Shown here one piece after another: positions 61,387-64,000 of a DNA stretch of 64,000 bases; position 1 is the first letter of the stretch; each line of letters starts with the position of its first letter. Below the pieces are notes generated by a model. It did no database searches. It was given only the letters and a program-made list of their open reading frames with translations, and was not told the origin of the DNA. The translations under genes were made by a program, and so were the position numbers. The stretch lies in IMG/VR virus record IMGVR_UViG_2811995091_000194; one strand, given 5' to 3'. The DNA is from an uncultured virus (IMG/VR IMGVR_UViG_2811995091_000194). Taxonomy: Duplodnaviria > Heunggongvirae > Uroviricota > Caudoviricetes.

Positions 61387-62975
61387 TGACACTCTCCGTA
61401 TATCGCGTATGCTATTTCAATATTGCTGCCAGCTGGAGGAATTACCCTAAACGTAACAGAGTTTATAGACTGATCATATGACCATTCTGATGATTCTATG
61501 CCGTCGACATATACTTCTATTGTGTCTTCTACTGGTGTTTTGCTTAATGAAAAGCTTAGTGCTGAAATTGAATCTCTTGCAAGCGTATCCATTTGCACAC
61601 CCCAGTCTGTCGAACATATTGATATAAATGTCCCCCCGAGATCATTGACAACGTCGTAATAGCCGTCACCAAATTGAGCCCAGCCATTCCCGTTGCATCC
61701 GCTAGGATAGTCACCTGCCACGGCGTGTGCAATGACAAGATTGTTAGACTGCTTAAGTCCTAAAATATGAGATGAATAATCTGACGGAGTCATTCCTGGA
61801 GAGTAGTTGCTAGATGCGTCAGGCTCATCAGATACATAAATTATAACAAGCCTGGCATCGTTTCGAATGAACGTACTGCCAGGACCGGCATCACCACCTG
61901 AAATCGTTGCGTCGTATGAGTATTTCAATCCTTTTTCTATTCCGCTGCCATGTATTCCAATTGTATCAATAATGTTATTTACTGCAGATATCGGGTCGAC
62001 TGTATTGGGCGTTATTATCTCATTGTTAACAAATTCAGCATTGTCAGTTGTTATAAATGCGATTTGATAGTCTGCTCCTGATGCTGAAAACACATTTATA
62101 AATGAGTCAAAATTATTCTTAAGGTTTGTCTGGTGGCTGCTCATTGAGCAAGAGTTGTCTATGACAAATAGAATATCGGACATAGCATCTTCTTTTTGCT
62201 CAAATGAATCTAGCGCAAATGCGAAATAATCACCATGTCCTTCTTGGTCTACTGTTTCTACAGGTGTGACTGGATCGTTTGATGAAATTTCAAGATACCC
62301 AATATCTAGAATGTTGTCAAGAGGAAGATAGTCTATAAATATTTCAACAGAGCTCCCAGGAGAAATTATCCACGGAAACATTCCGTTTTCTTGATCATTT
62401 TTATTAATGTCCAGATTGACTGGGTGTGATATAAAATAGTTAATTGAGCTGACTTCTAGATCAACATTTCCAATATTTGAAATTACTACTGGAAGGGTGT
62501 CATCACATCCAACATTAATGTTTCCAAAATCATAGTATGATGGTTCAACATCTATTACTGGTGCATCTCCTGATCCGTTGACTGGAATTCTAACCGTGCG
62601 ATCTTCTGGGTCATTCGACTGTATTAAAATTGTGTTTGTGTCTGCTGAGTATGTATTTGGCTCATAATAGACAAAGAACTCTGTATGAGATCCCGGTGAT
62701 AGATCTTTCTCATGTATTGTTGTGATTGAGTGAACGCCCGTCATTGAGTCAAGATAAATGCTATCTATGCTAAGTTCATCATCACCAATATTTGTAATTG
62801 TTACTTTTTGAGTACCCACATCATTCCCAGATAGAAGAGGGCCAAAATCAATACTAAGTGGCGAAACTAAGATGTCAGGTATTTTATCAGGACTATCTAA
62901 AAGCTCATAATCAATACAGCTGGTAGATAAAACTGCAATAGTTGCTGGAAATATATATTTATAGATGTTGATCAT
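61383..62975 (-). CDS. Lipoprotein with two Ig-like (ASH-type) domains and a VWA domain
   Basis: STSC lipobox; two P...DFG...I.N.G...L...SNDP repeats; IDNSCSM MIDAS motif; VSDEPD. Confidence 0.78.
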   Translation of the reverse strand: MINIYKYIFPATIAVLSTSCIDYELLDSPDKIPDILVSPLSIDFGPLLSGNDVGTQKVTITNIGDDELSIDSIYLDSMTGVHSITTIHEKDLSPGSHTEFFVYYEPNTYSADTNTILIQSNDPEDRTVRIPVNGSGDAPVIDVEPSYYDFGNINVGCDDTLPVVISNIGNVDLEVSSINYFISHPVNLDINKNDQENGMFPWIISPGSSVEIFIDYLPLDNILDIGYLEISSNDPVTPVETVDQEGHGDYFAFALDSFEQKEDAMSDILFVIDNSCSMSSHQTNLKNNFDSFINVFSASGADYQIAFITTDNAEFVNNEIITPNTVDPISAVNNIIDTIGIHGSGIEKGLKYSYDATISGGDAGPGSTFIRNDARLVIIYVSDEPDASSNYSPGMTPSDYSSHILGLKQSNNLVIAHAVAGDYPSGCNGNGWAQFGDGYYDVVNDLGGTFISICSTDWGVQMDTLARDSISALSFSLSKTPVEDTIEVYVDGIESSEWSYDQSINSVTFRVIPPAGSNIEIAYAIYGECQ

Positions 62976-63033
62976 TTGTTAATACATATGCTGAGTTTCT
63001 ATGTTCTAAAGTTCAAATATGTAGAAATATAGA

Positions 63034-63285
63034 ATGATTATTAAAAAAGGCGATCTTGTTCAGTACACTTCTCATCCTCACGCAACAGTGCATCGAGTTA
63101 TTCCTGGAGATGAATTCCCAGTAGGCCTTGTTATATGCGTAAAAGAAAGTGTTACGCGCGGAGGCCCAAAGATGCGAGCAATAATAAGGACAGTTATCGT
63201 CAAATGGTCAGATGAAAAATGGAATTCTAAAGAAGGCGTGTCTGAAGAATTTGAACCAGACTTAAAGCTTATTCAGCGAATTTAA
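63034..63285 (+). CDS. Small SH3/KOW-like hypothetical protein
   Basis: IKKGDLV...GLV...V.W. Confidence 0.55.
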   Translation: MIIKKGDLVQYTSHPHATVHRVIPGDEFPVGLVICVKESVTRGGPKMRAIIRTVIVKWSDEKWNSKEGVSEEFEPDLKLIQRI

Positions 63286-63300
63286 TAGTTATTAAATGAA

Positions 63301-63723
63301 ATGATAATAACAGAAAGCAATTTAAGATATAAAATTAGAGATGCCATTAAGAGTGCAGCACAAAAAAAACTACAAGTACGAGTCAATTCACTTCCACTTA
63401 ATGTAGAGGTAGCTGATACAGACGGTTTGCGTGACATAGGCTTGATGAACAGACGAAGCCTTCAAAGAGACTCGGGCATGCTTTTTGTGTTTCCAGATTC
63501 TGACGTTAGAGCTTTCTGGATGAAAAATACACACATACCTTTATCAATTGCATATCTTGATGAATCCGGTGTAATACTGAATATAGAAAAAATGACCCCT
63601 CTAAATGGTGACAGGATTTGGTCGAAAGGTCGTGCAATGTATGCACTTGAAGTTAATGATGGCTGGTTTGATATAAATGAAATCAGTGAAGGCGACATAG
63701 TAAGAAACCTTCCAAAGATTTAA
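63301..63723 (+). CDS. DUF192-family protein with an MIITE leader
   Basis: VEVADT, GLM.R, GMLFVF, FWMKNT.IPL, ALEV. Confidence 0.85.
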   Translation: MIITESNLRYKIRDAIKSAAQKKLQVRVNSLPLNVEVADTDGLRDIGLMNRRSLQRDSGMLFVFPDSDVRAFWMKNTHIPLSIAYLDESGVILNIEKMTPLNGDRIWSKGRAMYALEVNDGWFDINEISEGDIVRNLPKI

Positions 63724-63732
63724 AATAACAAT

Positions 63733-64000
63733 ATGGGAAATAGAGAAATAAACTCTGGAGATATTGTTATTATCAAAACAGATAGATCGCTAGACGGATT
63801 TTCAACTGGCCCGCATGTAAAGGGAGGATTGAAAATCTACAAAAGAATTGATCTATCAAATTATCCATCACATAATGATTTTTTCGGAAGCTCTGTCACT
63901 GTAAAAAGCGGAGACATAGCAACAGTAATTAGCTATATTGGAAGGCCAGATAGACTTAGTTCTGCGGAACAGTGGAAGATATATGATGTATACGAAATAC
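63733..64000 (+). CDS. Hypothetical protein, truncated at the window end
   Basis: Open from ATG 63733 to the edge; SGDIV motif. Confidence 0.5.
   Translation, partial: MGNREINSGDIVIIKTDRSLDGFSTGPHVKGGLKIYKRIDLSNYPSHNDFFGSSVTVKSGDIATVISYIGRPDRLSSAEQWKIYDVYEI

Overview
This 64 kb window looks like part of a large (jumbo-type) dsDNA tailed bacteriophage genome. It is AT-rich, gene-dense and almost entirely + strand, uses standard code 11, and has no ribosomal or other core cellular operons. Contents: long Gly/Ser/Thr-repeat virion proteins; a DnaE-type polymerase; DnaJ, DnaK, GroEL and a second J-protein; a sigma70-family factor, GreA and peptide deformylase; a DinG-family helicase; a large nucleotide-metabolism set; a probable holin/spanin cassette; surface lipoproteins (two VWA) hinting at a Myxococcota/Bdellovibrionota-like Gram-negative host; five tRNAs plus one odd tRNA-like gene; and many small hypothetical ORFs. 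Main leads: (1) a dNMP-kinase fused to a minimal thymidylate-synthase-like domain carrying the dCMP-specifying Asp, alongside a dCTPase/dUTPase-like pair and an MBD4-like glycosylase, suggesting an uncharacterised cytosine-modification system; (2) a sigma factor lacking region 4.2 followed by a separate gene encoding a region-4.2-like HTH (possible split sigma), together with two recurring promoter classes; (3) a D-armless tRNA-Ile(UAU)-like RNA; (4) a 1369-aa four-enzyme polyprotein operon that may be packaged in the virion; (5) (TG)n/(CA)n leader elements. All family calls come from motif recognition by eye; no searches were run.
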